A DNA stretch of 64,000 nucleotides from contig NC_043024.1 of the NCBI RefSeq assembly GCF_006345805.1, forward strand, positions 1,674,001 to 1,738,000, in the 5' to 3' direction. Positions 1 through 12,628 of this stretch are shown one piece after another. This DNA is from Octopus sinensis. Its lineage: Eukaryota. A program made the translations under genes and the position numbers. How positions within the stretch are numbered: position 1 is the stretch's first letter; the number at the start of each line of letters is the position of its first letter. The notes beneath the pieces were generated by a model. It was not told the origin of the DNA. It worked only from the letters and a program-made list of their open reading frames with translations, and made no database searches.

Positions 1-3000
1 AGTAAGAAGGAAAGAAAGAGAGGGAGGGAGAAAAGGAAAGAAAGAAAGAGAAAGAGGGAGGGAGGGAGGAAAGAAGGAAGGTAAGTAAGGAAAGAAAGGG
101 AGGAATGAAGGTAAGTAAGAAGGAAAGAAAGATGGATGGAGGAAAGAAGGAAGGTAAGTTAGAAGGAAAGAAAGAGAGGGAGGGAGAAAAGGAAAGAAAG
201 AAAGAGAGAGAGGGAGGGAGGAAAGAAGAAAGGTAAGTAAGAAGGAAAGAAAGAGTGGGAGGGAGGAGAGAAGGAAGGTAAGTAAGAAAGAGAGGGAGTG
301 AGAAAAGAAGGAAGGAAAGAAATAAAGAAAGAGAGGGAGGGAAGAAGGAAGGAAGAAGAGGAGGGAGGAGGAAAGAAGGAAGGAAGAAAGAGAGGGAGTG
401 AGGAAGAAGGAGGTAAGGTAAGAAGGAAAGAAAGAGAGGGAGGGAGAAAAGGAAGGAAATAAAGAAAGAGAGGAGAGAGGAAAGAAGGAAGGTAAGTAAG
501 AAGGAAAGAAAAAGAGGTAGGGAGAAAAGAAGGAAGGAAATAAAGAAAAAAGAGGGAGGGAGGAAGAAGGAAGGTAAGTAAGAAGGAAAGAAAGAGAGGG
601 AGGGAGGAAAGAAAAGAGAGGGAGGAAAGAAGGAAAGAAAGAAAGAGAGAGAGGGAGGGAGGAAAGAAGGAAAGAAAGAAAGGGGGAAGGAAGGTAAGTA
701 AGAAGGAAAGAAAGAGAGGGAGGAGGAAAGAAGAAGGTAAGTAAGAAGGAAGAAAGGGAGGGAGGAAAGACGGAAAGAAGAAGGGAGGGAGGAAGAAGAA
801 AGTAAGTAAGAAGGGAAGAAAGAGGGAGGGAGGAAGAAGAAAAGAAAGAGAGGGAGGGAGAAAAGAAGGAAGAAATAAAGAAAGAGAGGGAGGGAGGAAA
901 GAAGGAAGGTAAGTAAGAAGGAAGAGGGGAGGGAAAAAGGAAAGAAAGAAAGAGAAAGAGGGAGGAGGGAGGAAAGAAGGAAGGTAAGTAAGGAAAGAAA
1001 GGGAGGAAGGAAGGTAAGTAGAGGAAGAAAGAAAGAGAGATGGAGGAAAGAAGGAAGGTAAGTAAGAAGGAAAGAAAGAGAGGGAGGGAGAAAAGGAAAG
1101 AAAGAAGAGAGAGAGAGAGGGAGGAAAGAAGGAAGGTAAGTAAGAAGGAAAGAAAGAGTGGGAGGGAGGAGAGAAGGAAGGTAAGTTAGAAAGAGAGGGA
1201 GGGAGAAAAGAAGGAAGGAAAGAAATAAAGAAAGAGAGGGAGGGAGAAAGAAGGAAGGAAAAAATAAAGAAAGAAGAGGGAGGGAGGAAAGAAGGAAGGA
1301 AAGAAAGAGAGGGGAGGGAGGAAAAAGGAAGGTAAGTAAGAAGGAAAGAAAGAGAAGGAGGGAGAGAAAAAGAAGGAAATAAGAAGAGAGGGAGGGAGAA
1401 AAGGAAGGAAATAAAGAAAGAGAGGGAGGGAGGAAAGAGGAGGTAAAAGAAGGAAAGAAAGGAGGAGGGAGGAAAGAAGGAAGGAAAGAAAGAGAGAGGG
1501 AGGAAAGAAGGAAGGAAAGAAAGAGAGGGAGGGAGAAAGAAGGAAGGAATAAAGAAAGAGAGGGAGGGAGGAAAGAAGGAAGGTAAGTAAGAAGGAAAGA
1601 AAAAGAGGTAGGGAGAAAAGAAGGAAGGAAATAAAGAAAAAGAGGGAGGGAGGAAAGAAGGAAGGTAAGTAAGAAGGAAAGAAAGAGAGGGAGGGAGGAA
1701 AGAAGGAAGGAAATAAAGAAAGAGAAGGAGGGAGGAAAGAAGGAAGGTAAGTAAAAAGGAAAGAAAGAGAGGGAGGGAGAAAAGAAGGAAGGAAATAAAG
1801 AAAGAGAAGGAGGGAGGAAAGACGGAAAGAAAGAGAGGGAGGGAGGAAAGAAGGAAGGTAAGTAAGAAGGAAAGAAAGAGAGGGAGGGAGAAAAGGAAAG
1901 AAAGAAAGAGAGAGGGAGGGAGGAAAGAAGGAAGGTAAGTAAGAAGGAAGGAAAAAGGGCGGAAGGAAGGTAAGTAAGAAGGAAAGAAAGAGAGGGAGGG
2001 AGAAAAGGAAAGAAAGAAAGAGAGGAGGGAGGGAGGAAAAGAAGTAAGTAAGGAAAGAAGGGAGGAAGAAGGTAAGTAGAAGAAAAGAAAGATGGATGAG
2101 GAAAGAAGGAAGGTAAGTTAGAAGGAAAGAAAGAGAGGGAGGGAGAAAAGGAAAGAAAGAAAGAGAGAGAGGGAGGGAGGAAAGAAGAAAGGTAGTAAGA
2201 AGAAAGAAAGAGTGGGAGGGAGGAGAGAAAAGGTAAGTAAGAAAGAGAGGGAGTGAGAAAAGAAGGAAGGAAGAGAGGAAGGAGGAAAGAAGGAAGGAAA
2301 GAAAGAAGGGAGGGAGGGAGAAAGAAGGAAGGTAAGTAAAAAGGAAAGAAGAGAGGGGGGAGAAAAGGAAGGAAATAAGAAGAGAGGGAGGGAGAAAAGG
2401 AAGGAAATAAGAAAGAAGAGGAGGAAAAAGAAGGAAGGATAAAGAAAGAGAGGGGGGAGGAAAGACGGAAGGTAAGTAAGAGAAAGAAAGAGAGGGGAGG
2501 GAGGAAAGAAGGAAGGAAAGAAAGAGAGGGAGGGAGAAAGAAGGAAGGAAAGAAAAAGAGGGAGGGAGAAGAGGAAGGTAAGTAAGAAGGAAAAAAGAGG
2601 GAGGGAGAAAAGAAGGAAGGAAATAAAGAAAGAGAGGGAGGGAGGAAAGAAGGAAGGTAAGTAAGAAGAAAGAAAAAGAGGTGGGAGAAAAAAGAAGGAA
2701 GGAAATAAAGAAAAAGAGGGAGGGAGGAAAGAAGGAAGGTAAGTAAGAAGGAAAGAAAGAAGGGAGGAGGAAGAAGGAAGGAAATAAAGAAAGAGAGGAG
2801 GGAGGAAAGAGGAAGGTAAGTAAGAAGAAAGAAAGAGAGGAGGGAGAAAAGAGGAAGGAAATAAGAAGAGAAGGAGGGAGGATAGACGGAAAGAAAGAGA
2901 GGGAGGGAGAAAGAAGGAAGGTAAGTAAGAAGGAAAAAAAGAGAGGAGGGGAAAAGAAGGAAAAAAGAGGGAGGGAGAAAAGAAAGAAAGAACGAGAGAG

Positions 3001-4625
3001 GGAGGGAGGAAAGAAGGAAGGTAAGTAAGGAAAGAAAGAAAGGGAGGAAGGAAGGTAAGTAAGAAGGAAAGAATGAGAGGGAGGGAGAAAAGGAAAGAAA
3101 GAAAGAGAGAGAGGGAGGGAGGAAAGAAGGAAGGTAAGTAAGAAGGAAAGAAAATGAGGGAGGGAGAAAAGGAAAGAAAGAAAGAGAGAGAGGGAGGGAG
3201 GAAAGAAGGAAGGTAAGTAAGAAGGAAAGAAAGAAAGGGAGGAAGGTAAGTAAGAAGGAAAGAAAGAGAGGGAGGGAGGAAAGAAGGAAGGTAAGTAAGA
3301 AGGAAAGAAAGAGAGGGAGGGATAAAAGGAAAGAAAGAGAGAGAGGGATGGAGGAAAGAAGGAAGGTAAGTAAGAAGGAAAGAAAGAGTGGGAGGGAGGA
3401 GAGAAGGAAGGTAAGTAAGAAAGAGAGGGAGGGAGAAAAGAAGGAAGGAAATAAAGAAAGAGAGGGAGGGAGGAAAGAAGGAAGGTAAGTAAGAAGGAAA
3501 GAAAAAGTGGGAGGGAGGAGAGAAGGAAGGTAATAAAAAAGAGGAGGGAGAAAGAAGAAGGAAAAAAATAAAGAAAGAGAGGGAGGGAGGAAAGTAGGAA
3601 GGCAAGTAAGAAGGAGAGGGAGGGAGGAGAGAAGGAAGGTAAGAAAGAGGGAGGGAGGAAAGAGAATTAAGGTAAGTAAGAAGGAAAGAAAGAGAGGGAG
3701 GGAGGAAAGAAGGAAGGTAAGTAAGAAGGAAATAAAGAAAGAAAGGAAGAAGTGAAGAAAGAAAGGGGAAAGAAAGAAAGAGATAAAGACAGAAAGAAGG
3801 AAAAAAGAAAGAGGGAAATAAATGAAGAAGGAAGGAAATAAAGAGAGAAGGGAAGAAATAAAGGAAAGAAAGAAATGAAGAAAGATAAAAAAAGAAAGAG
3901 ATAAAGTAAAGAGGGAAAGAAACAAGGACAGAGGGAAATAAATAAAGAAAAGAAAGAGAGAAGGAAATAAAGAGATAAAGACAAGAAACAGGGAAAGAAG
4001 GAAGGAATGAAAGAACGAAGGGAAGAAATAAAGGACAGAAAGAGGGAAAGAGATAAAGATGGAAGAAAGAAGGAAGGAAAGATAGATAGAGGGAAAGAAA
4101 TACAGAAATAAAGAAAGAAAGAGGGAAGGAAATAAACAAAGAGATAAAGAAGGAAAGAAAGAGTGAAGGACGGGAAGAAAGAAAGATGGAAATAAATAAA
4201 GAAAAGAGGGATGGAAAGAGATAAAGAGAGAGAAAGAAAGAACGAAGGGAAGAAAGAGGTAAAGAAAAGAAAGGGAAAGAAAGAGATAAAGATAGATAGA
4301 AAGAGGGAAGGAAAGAAAAAAGAAAAGAAGGAAAAAAAGAAAGAAAGAGATAAAGAAAAAGGAAAGAAAGAGATAAAAAAAAGGAAAGAAAGAGGGAAAA
4401 AGGAAATAAATAAGGAAAGAAAGAGATAAAGAAAAAAAGAGGGAAATAAGGAAAGAAAGAAATGAAGAAAGAGGGAAAGGAAGAAAGAGAGAAAGAGTGA
4501 GAGAAAGAGACAGAGAGAGAAAGGGAAAAAAGAGAGAGAGAAAGAGAAAGAGGGTGATGGCGAGAGAAAGAGAGAGTGTGAGTGAAAGAAAGAAAGTGTA
4601 CGTGTGTGTGAGAAAGAGAGCAAGA
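1..4625. repeat. Polypurine/polypyrimidine minisatellite in ERP44 intron 12
   Basis: Almost pure A/G on +. A ~45-bp unit AGAAGGAAAGAAAGAGAGGGAGGGAGGAAAGAAGGAAGGTAAGTA runs to ~3725; after that the purine repeat lacks GTAAGT. Confidence 0.97.
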
Positions 4626-4642
4626 GAGAGGGGGTGACTTAC

Positions 4643-4751
4643 ATCATCTGTAATCTGTGGAGGTTCAGTTGGGTCTGGCCCATGGTGGAATTCACGATGA
4701 AGCTTGCCAGAATGGAGATCATCAATGAACTGTTTCAATAAAGCAGATTTT
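4643..4751 (-). CDS. ERP44: ERP44 exon 12 (AKSALLKQFIDDLHSGKLHREFHHGPDPTEPPQITDD); terminal exon outside window
   Basis: TTTCAG acceptor, GAT|GTAAGT donor, phase 2 to 0. LHSGKLHREFHHGPDP motif. Not in the supplied ORF track. Confidence 0.97.
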
Positions 4752-4814
4752 CTGAAACAAACAACAACAACAGAAACATTAGCAGAACAATGCTGAGATG
4801 GGGACCTGACAATG

Positions 4815-5316
4815 GAAGGCGGGGAGCTGGGGAGACACGTTGGCACGTTGGGCGAAATGCTTAGCGGGATTTCGTCTGCCGTTACGTTCTGAGTTCAAAT
4901 TCTGCCGAGGTTGACTTTGCCTTTCATACTTTCAGGGTCAATTAAATGAAGTACCCATTTCTTTATTGCCCACAAGGGACTAAACACAGAGGGGACAAAC
5001 ATGGACAGACATAGGTATTAAGTCGATTACATCGACCCCAGTGCGTAACTGGTACTTGATTTATCGACCCCGAAAGGATGAAAGGCAAAGTCGACCTCGG
5101 CGGAATTTGAACTCGCAACGTAACGGCAGCCGAAATACCGCTAAGCATTTCGCCCGATGTGCTAACGTTTCTGCCAGCTCGCCGCCTTGATGAAGTACCA
5201 GTTATGTACTGGTGTTGATATAATTGACAATCCATTTGTCTGTCCTTGTTTGTCCCCTCTGTGTTTAGCCCCTTGTGGGCAGTAAAGAAATAGGTATCTG
5301 ACAATGGTCAGATGGT
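4815..5316 (+). mobile_element. SINE family B with a second B copy nested antisense (4956-5189)
   Basis: Head GGCG.GAGCTGG...GAGTTCAAATT, core GTCGACTTTGCCTTTCATCCTTTCGGGGTCGATAAAT. 10-bp TSD ATGAAGTACC at 4946-4955 and 5190-5199. Confidence 0.88.
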
Positions 5317-6056
5317 ATTAAAACTGGTTAACTGTTACCAAAACAATGCTTAGACAGTACCCAAAAAAGCCAAGACTCATGGCTCAGTGGTTAGAGCATC
5401 AGGCTTACAACCATGATGTCATGAGTTCAATTCCTGGGCTTGAACAAGATACTTTATTTCATGTTGCTCCAGTTCAGTCAGTGAAAATGTGTCTAGTCAT
5501 GGGGGGAAATAGGGGAGGGTTGGGATTGGCAGAGCATCCAGCTGTAGAAAATCTGCCTTAATAAACTCTGTTTGACTCATGCAAGCATGGAAAAGCAATA
5601 GGCTCATAATCATGAGGTAGTGAGTTCGAATCCCGGATCGGGCTGCGTGTTGTGTTCTTGAGCAAGACACTTTATTTCACGTTGCTGCAGTTCACTCAGC
5701 TGTAGAAATGAGTTGTGACATCACTGATGCCAAGCTGTATCGGCCCCTTTGCCTTTCTCTTGGATAACATCCGTGGTGTGGAGAGGAGGCTGGTATGAAT
5801 GGATAAGTGCTAACCATTTGCAAACAACCTTGCCCAGATTTGTGCCTCAGAGGAGAACATAATTATTAAATTCACCAGCATCTACAACTAGTAGAGTAGT
5901 ACTGAGGCAAGTGGCTTTGTGCCGGGTGAGGAGAGGTTAAAATATGATGGAGGGACAGGAACAGGTGGCTTAGTGTCAACAATCACACAATAAACACATT
6001 GCAGAAACACACAAACACAGACAGAGCAAGGCCACAATATTAAATAAATAACTTAC

Positions 6057-6204
6057 GCTATGTTTTCTTTGACAGAGTGTGGGAAGACATACATATGTCT
6101 GAAGCTGTCGATGGCTAACACAGGTAAGTCATTGGTGCTTTTACCCAGGTGATGTAATGGATGAGTAAACTTGAGGCCATCAGCCGTCAGAAAGTTAACA
6201 TTAT
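6057..6204 (-). CDS. ERP44: ERP44 exon 11 (NNVNFLTADGLKFTHPLHHLGKSTNDLPVLAIDSFRHMYVFPHSVKENI)
   Basis: TTTGCAG acceptor, GC|GTAAGT donor, phase 1 to 2. AIDSFRHMYVF motif. Confidence 0.97.
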
Positions 6205-7099
6205 CTGCAAATGAACATCGACAATAATATGTTAGCGAAACAATCAAGAACGGCAGGTGGGTATATATATTATGAATGTAGGTATATACATATATATGTG
6301 TGCGTGAGTATATATATATATATAATATAAATAATAAATGTGTGTGTATATATATAAATAAATATATGTGTATGTGTATATATATAATATAAATGTATGT
6401 GTGTATATATATATATATAAATAAATGTATGTGTATATATATATAAATAAATGTATGTGTGTATATATATATATATATAAATAAATGTATGTGTGTGTAT
6501 ATATATGTATAAATGTATGTGTGTGTGTGTATATATATATATATATGTGTATATATGTATGTATATATATATATATGTATATAATATCGTAGACTGGAGT
6601 ATGTATGTATATGTATATATATGTGTATCAAATGAAATAAAATAAAAAACAGGACCCAAAGGATGTTGCGGTACATATGTTTCGAGCTTTAAAGAACCAC
6701 TTATTCTTACATCAATGCATAATCGACATAACAGATATTTTAAAAGCCCTCTTCAGCCGCATGCAATTGCTACACCAAAGACTTGTACAACATTATGAAA
6801 GGTTTGAGAAAGAACATTTGGTATTATTTATAATGGTAGGTAAACTGAGTATCACTGGGAAAGTATGTTTGGGAATCTTCATAATCGAATAGGTGTACAG
6901 GTATTATTGGACTCCAAAAAACCGTCCATACCGTTTTGTGTGTACATGTATAAATGTACGTGTGTGTATAATATATATATATATGTACACACACATATAT
7001 AATATATATATATATAAATCTACGTGTGTGTATATGTATATATGTGTGTGTGTATCTAAATGTATGTGTATATATATATATGTATATATATAAATGTAT

Positions 7100-7146
7100 G
7101 TGTGTGTGTAGAGAGAAAGAGAGAAATATATGTGTGTGTGTGTGTG

Positions 7147-7183
<37 letters not shown>

Positions 7184-7319
7184 GTGTGTATGTGTAGAGA
7201 GAGAGAAATATATATATGTGTGTGTGTGTATAGAGAGAGAGAGAAATATATGTGTGTGTGTATAGAGAGAGAGAGAAATATGTGTGTGTGTATAGAGAGA
7301 GAGAGAAATATGTGTGTGT

Positions 7320-7358
<39 letters not shown>

Positions 7359-7614
7359 TATGTGTGTGTGTGTAGAGAGAGAGAGAGAGAAATATATGTG
7401 TGTGTAGAGAGAGAGAGAAATGTGTGTGTGTAGAGAGAGAGAGAAATATATGTGCGTGTGTGTAGAGAGAGAGAGAGAAATATATATGTGTGTGTGTAGA
7501 GAGAGATTAGAGAATATATGATGTGTGTGTGTGTAGAAGAGAGAGTGAGAGAGAGAGAGAGAAGAGAGATGAGAAATGTGTGTGTGTGTGTAGAGAGGAG
7601 GAGAGAGAGAAATA

Positions 7615-7646
<32 letters not shown>

Positions 7647-7688
7647 AATATATATGTGTGTGTGTGTAGAGAGAGATAGAGAAATATA

Positions 7689-7720
<32 letters not shown>

Positions 7721-7727
7721 AAATATA

Positions 7728-7761
<34 letters not shown>

Positions 7762-7872
7762 AATTGTGTGTGTGTGTGTGTAGAGAGAGAGAGAGAAATA
7801 TATGTGCGTGTGTGTGTAGAGAGAGAGAGAGAAATATATGTGTGTGTGTAGAGAGAGAGATAGAGAAATATA

Positions 7873-7907
<35 letters not shown>

Positions 7908-7956
7908 AATATATGTGTGTGTGTAGAGAGAGAGAGAGAGAGAAATATATATGTGT

Positions 7957-8004
<48 letters not shown>

Positions 8005-9445
8005 ATGTGTGTGTGTGTGTGTGTAGAGAGAGAGAGAGAAATATATGTATGTGTGTGTGTAGAGAGAGAGAAATATGTGTGTAGAGAGAAGAGAGAAATA
8101 TATGTATGTGTGTGTGTAGAGAGAGAGAAATATATGTATGTGTGTGTAGAGAGAGAGAGAAATATATGTGTGTAGAGAGAAGAGAGAAATATATGTATGT
8201 GTGTGTGTGTATGTAGAGAGAGAGAGAGAAATATGTGTGTGTGTGTAGAGAGAGAGAGAGAAATATGTGTGTGTGTGTAGAGAGAGAGAGAAAAACTATA
8301 TGTGTGTGTGTGTGTGTGTATGTAGAGAGAGAGAGAGAGAAATATGTGTGTGTGTGTGTAGAGAGAGAGAGAAATATATGTGTTGTGTGTGTAGAGAGAG
8401 AGAGAGAGAGAGAAATATGTGTGTGTGTAGAGAGAGAGAAAAATATATGTGTGTGTGTGTGTAGAGAGAGAGAGAAATATATGTGTGTGTAGAGAGAGAG
8501 AGGAAATGTGTGTGTGTGTGTGTAGAGAGAGAGAGAAATATGTGGTGTGTGTGAGAGAGAGAGAGAAATATGTGTGTGTGTAGAGAGAGAGAGAGAATAT
8601 ATGTATGTGTTGTGTGTGTATGTAGAGGAGAGAGAGAGAATATTGTGTGTGGTGTAGAGAGAGAGAAGAAATATGTGTGTGTGTTAGAGAGAGAGAGAAA
8701 AATATATGTGTGTGTGTGTGTTGTATGTAGAGAAGAGAGAGAAGAAATATGTGTGTGTGTGTAGAGAGAGGAGAGAAAATATGTGTGGTGTGTGTAGAGA
8801 GAGAGAGAGAGAGAAATATGTGTGTAAGAGAGAGAGAAAAATATGTGTGTGGGTGAGAGGAGAGAGAGAAGAAATAGATGTGTGTGTGGTGGGGAGAGAG
8901 AGATAGAGAGAATGTGTGTGTGTGTGTAGAGAGAGAAGAAATGTTGTGTGTGTGTAGAGAGGAGAAAGAAATATTGTGTGTGGTGTAGAGAGAGAGAGAG
9001 AAATATATGTGTGTGTGTAGAGAGAGAGAGAGAAATGTGTGTGTGTAGAGAGAGAGAGAGAAATGTGTGTGTGTGTAGAGAGAGAGAGAGAAATGTGTGT
9101 GTGTAGAGAGAGAGAGAAAAATATGTGTGTGTGTAGAGAGAGAAGAGAAAGAGAAGAAATATGTGTGTGTAGAGAGAGAGGAGAATGTGTCTAGAGAGAG
9201 AGAGAGAGGGAGAAATGTGTGTGTGTAGAGAGAGAGAGAAAAATATATGTGTGTGTGTGTAGAGAGAGAGAGAGAAATATATGTGTGTGTAGAGAGAGAG
9301 AGAAATGTGTCTAGAGAGAGAGAGAGAGAGGGAGGGAGAAATATATGTGTGTGTGTAGAGAGAGAGAAATATTGTGTGTGTGTATGTAGAGAGAGAGAGA
9401 GAGAGAGAATATGTGTGTGTGTGTAGAGAGAGAGAGAGGGGGGAG
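7100..9445. repeat. Compound microsatellite array [(GA)n AAATATA (TG)n TA]m
   Basis: Read directly from the sequence; fills most of ERP44 intron 10. Confidence 0.97.
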
Positions 9446-9645
9446 AGATACACACGCATACATGTAATAGGCTTCCACACAGTTTCCATCTCCTAAAACC
9501 ACTCACAAGGCTTTTGGTTACCATGGGGCTATAGTAAAGTACCACGCTGTGGGATTGAACCCCTGAGCATAGAGTCTGGGCAGAGAACCTCAACAAAAGA
9601 ACAGAAAAACGTTTCCCAAAACCCAAGAAATCCTCTCTTTCTTAC

Positions 9646-9757
9646 TTTTTTCGCTTAATAACTGTTTAGAAACTTCGGCAGTGAACTTCTCAACGATGTC
9701 ATGGTCATCTGGATGGTGAAATAGTATAAGGAATGGTAGACCCTCTTCTGTGAGTTC
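9646..9757 (-). CDS. ERP44: ERP44 exon 10 (ELTEEGLPFLILFHHPDDHDIVEKFTAEVSKQLLSEK)
   Basis: TTTCAG acceptor, A|GTAAGA donor, phase 0 to 1. ELTEEGLPFLILFH motif. Confidence 0.97.
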
Positions 9758-11088
9758 CTGAAATAGATGCAAGAGATTAGATGAAAAAAGTGGAGTGAAG
9801 AGACTGGCTTAACCTGACAAGAGTCATTGCATTCTCTCTCGATTCCATGTTTGTAAGGGTCAGATGGAATTTCTTGGGGTACGTGTCTTTGTTACGGCTG
9901 GACGCTCTTTCTGTCGCCCACCTTTACCTTTTGCTAGCAAGCTAATGTTGTTTCAAAGCTAGGAATGTTTTTTGGGGGAAGAAGACTAGCAACAAACAAC
10001 ACCACTTGTATGAGGGTGAAGCTTGTTTACAATCATTTCAGGATGGCAAGACAAGGATGGACACACAAACACACACGTATGTGCACACATGGATGGACAC
10101 ATGTACACACATATGGATATATACGACAGGCTTCTTTCAGTTTCCGCCTACCAAATCTACTTGCAAGGCTTTGGATAGCCTAGGCCCAAGGTGCCATGCA
10201 GAGGGACTGAACCCGGAACCTTGTGGTTGGAAAGCAAGCTTCTTACCACACAGCCACACTTGTGCCTGGGGGTCAGGTGTGTAATAATCTTTTAACAATT
10301 TGGCAGACAATTATGAAAATACTTTATTCTAAAAAATACAAATCAGCTAATTAAGTTTAAAGCAACAAAGATTCGTTAAGTTTAATAGAACACAGACATA
10401 TTCAAAGTTCAATTGACCCTTTGGCATCAAAACCAGCCACATCTGGCCAAATCATTCCCCCTGTTTTATGTTCACGCCAGCCAGATCTGGCCTTTCACAC
10501 CCACCCGACAATGTCCTTCTTAAAATAAGCAATCACATCATTGAGATTGTGAAGCTACGAGATAACACAGGATTAATTCAAAACAATGAGAATAAATAAA
10601 CATTACATTTGAGAGAGTGATCATCATCATCATCACCATCATTTAATGTCCACTTTTCCATGCTGGCATGGGTTGGACAGCTTGACTGGAACCAGCAAGG
10701 CCAGGGGGCTGCACCAGGTCCCACAGTCTGTTTTGGTTTAGATTCTACAACTGGATGCCCTTCCAAATGCCAACCACCTTACAGAGTGCACTGGGTGCTT
10801 TTTATGTGGTGCCAAGACCAGTTCTCTTCACATGCTTTTTACGTGGCACCAGGCCCTTTTGTGTGGCACAAGGACCCATACCAATACTTTTTTTATATTG
10901 GTTTTAGGAGCTCAAGTCTGTTGTGGTGGGCGGATCTCTCTCAAGTGCATCAATGCACAAAATATCTTGGCCCCCCCCCCTGAATGCTAGAGTTAAACAA
11001 ATAACAACATAGATATCAAGGACTAAAAACTTAAGGGAAATCAACAAGGGCTAAATTGATAAATCAATTAAAAAAGGGGTCAAATCTA

Positions 11089-11302
11089 TGAGGTGGTGAT
11101 GAATAGTTCCTGGCTTTGGGTAAAAGAAATTACAGGATGGTCAGTTGAGATTTTATCCAACATATTCCCCTCTCAGATTCACACACTTGTTGCAGGGGTC
11201 CTTCAGTTTTTCTAAGCCCTGTGAAAGAACTTGGAAGGCAGGGGCCTACAGCCAGGCCTTTCGTGATTCCCTCAAAGCCAGGAACTTTTCAGAACCCTTC
11301 TG
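11089..11302. mobile_element. Mariner-derived MITE (~215 bp)
   Basis: Imperfect TIR TGAGGTGGTGATGAATAGTTCCTGGCTTT / AAAGCCAGGAACTTTTCAGAACCCTTCTG, TA on both sides. Confidence 0.75.
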
Positions 11303-11409
11303 TACAAGAGATAAACTGACAAGGAGTTCTTCAAAAATAACAAGGGCTAAAACTAACAAGGGCTAAAACTACAACAAAAGGCATGAATTTACAAATAAGG
11401 TTAACTGAC

Positions 11410-11526
11410 CTCGGCATTTTCAAATGTGATCTCTCGTACGAGAGGGACACATTTATCAAATATCCACTGCTGTAAATGGTCGTAGTTGGTGATGGCTCCA
11501 GTGAAGATTTTGTCTTGTCTATGAGT
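11410..11526 (-). CDS. ERP44: ERP44 exon 9 (THRQDKIFTGAITNYDHLQQWIFDKCVPLVREITFENAE)
   Basis: Long polypyrimidine tract then CAG acceptor, GAG|GTCAGT donor, phase 0 to 0. DKCVPLVREITFEN motif. Confidence 0.97.
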
Positions 11527-12084
11527 CTGAAGGAAGAGAAACAAGAGAAATGAAGAAAACAACAAGGTTTCAAGAGCCCCTGCCCCCCCACCTCCAACCC
11601 ATCCACCAAGTACTCACTCTCTCTGTTTTCTTACCGTTTCCCTATCTTCACCTCTCCCCACTACCCTTTCACTAGTTTACTGCTACTACTACTACAGTAT
11701 CCTATGACTTCACTGAAATACATTCTCCAAGGCTGCTCTCTCTAACCAGCTCCACAAGTCTCTGTCCTAGTCACCCCTTCTGCAAGTCTCTCCACGCCCC
11801 ATACGCCGCACATTAACCAATATACAATAATAATAACAATAGTAATAATCCTTTCTACTATATACGCAGAAGCACTGAAATTTTAGGGGAGGGAATGAGT
11901 TGATTACATTGACCCCAGTGTTTCACTGGTATTTAATTCATTGACCCCGAAAAGGATGAAAGTCAAAGTCAACCTCCAATGGAATTTCAACCCAGAATGG
12001 AGCAACAGGCGATATACTGCTAGGCTAACGATTCAGTGTGCTAACAATTCTGCCAGCTTGCCATCTTCAATAATAATAATAAAT

Positions 12085-12626
12085 GCCCTGATACAGTACT
12101 AAGCAGTGGTCCCCATGTACATATTTTGTCTTAAGTATAAAAGATGGGCTACAGCAAATATTCTGCTCAATACCACAGATTTGCTGGTCAGTTGTCGGAC
12201 CTTAACCAGTTGAGCATGTCATTTGGTGGCTGACGATACGTGCATCTCTGATCATGAGAAGAAGTAGTGGGGAGCATCATAGCCATGTGTTGAGAGGGGT
12301 TTGGAATAATTCACTTCTGGAAACACGAGTTTTTGTTCAACATCCTTAAACAATCCTTATTCAAGGACCTTTTTTGAGAGGGATGGGCTACTCGACCTGA
12401 AGAAAATTCTAACTGGGCCCCACCTGCAAAGTCATGTGCTGTTTATCTTGATATGTAATCCCCATGTCACACACATATGGTTGTGATGCATGTGCCTGGT
12501 GTACCCCTTACCAGACAGGAAGTCATGATAGGTATACTGGGCTTCGTATATTCTACCCCAGTGTCACTTTGATGGCATGCACTGCTCTCTCACTCAATAA
12601 TAATAATAATAATAATAATAATAATT
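12085..12626 (+). mobile_element. (AAT)n-tailed retroposon fragment
   Basis: Ends GTCACTTTGATGGCATGCACTGCTCTCTCACTC(AAT)n. The same 3' end occurs inverted at ~35195-35235. Confidence 0.6.
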
Positions 12627-12628
12627 AC

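Noticed and set aside
2118-4623. 673-aa and 318-aa F/L/S/P-rich ORFs, and a 72-aa K/E-rich ORF
   Set aside because: Translations of a polypurine/polypyrimidine satellite, which lacks stop codons by composition; inside an ERP44 intron.
7056-9626. 856-aa and 397-aa ORFs (SLSLYTHT repeats)
   Set aside because: Translation of the (GA)n/(TG)n compound microsatellite.
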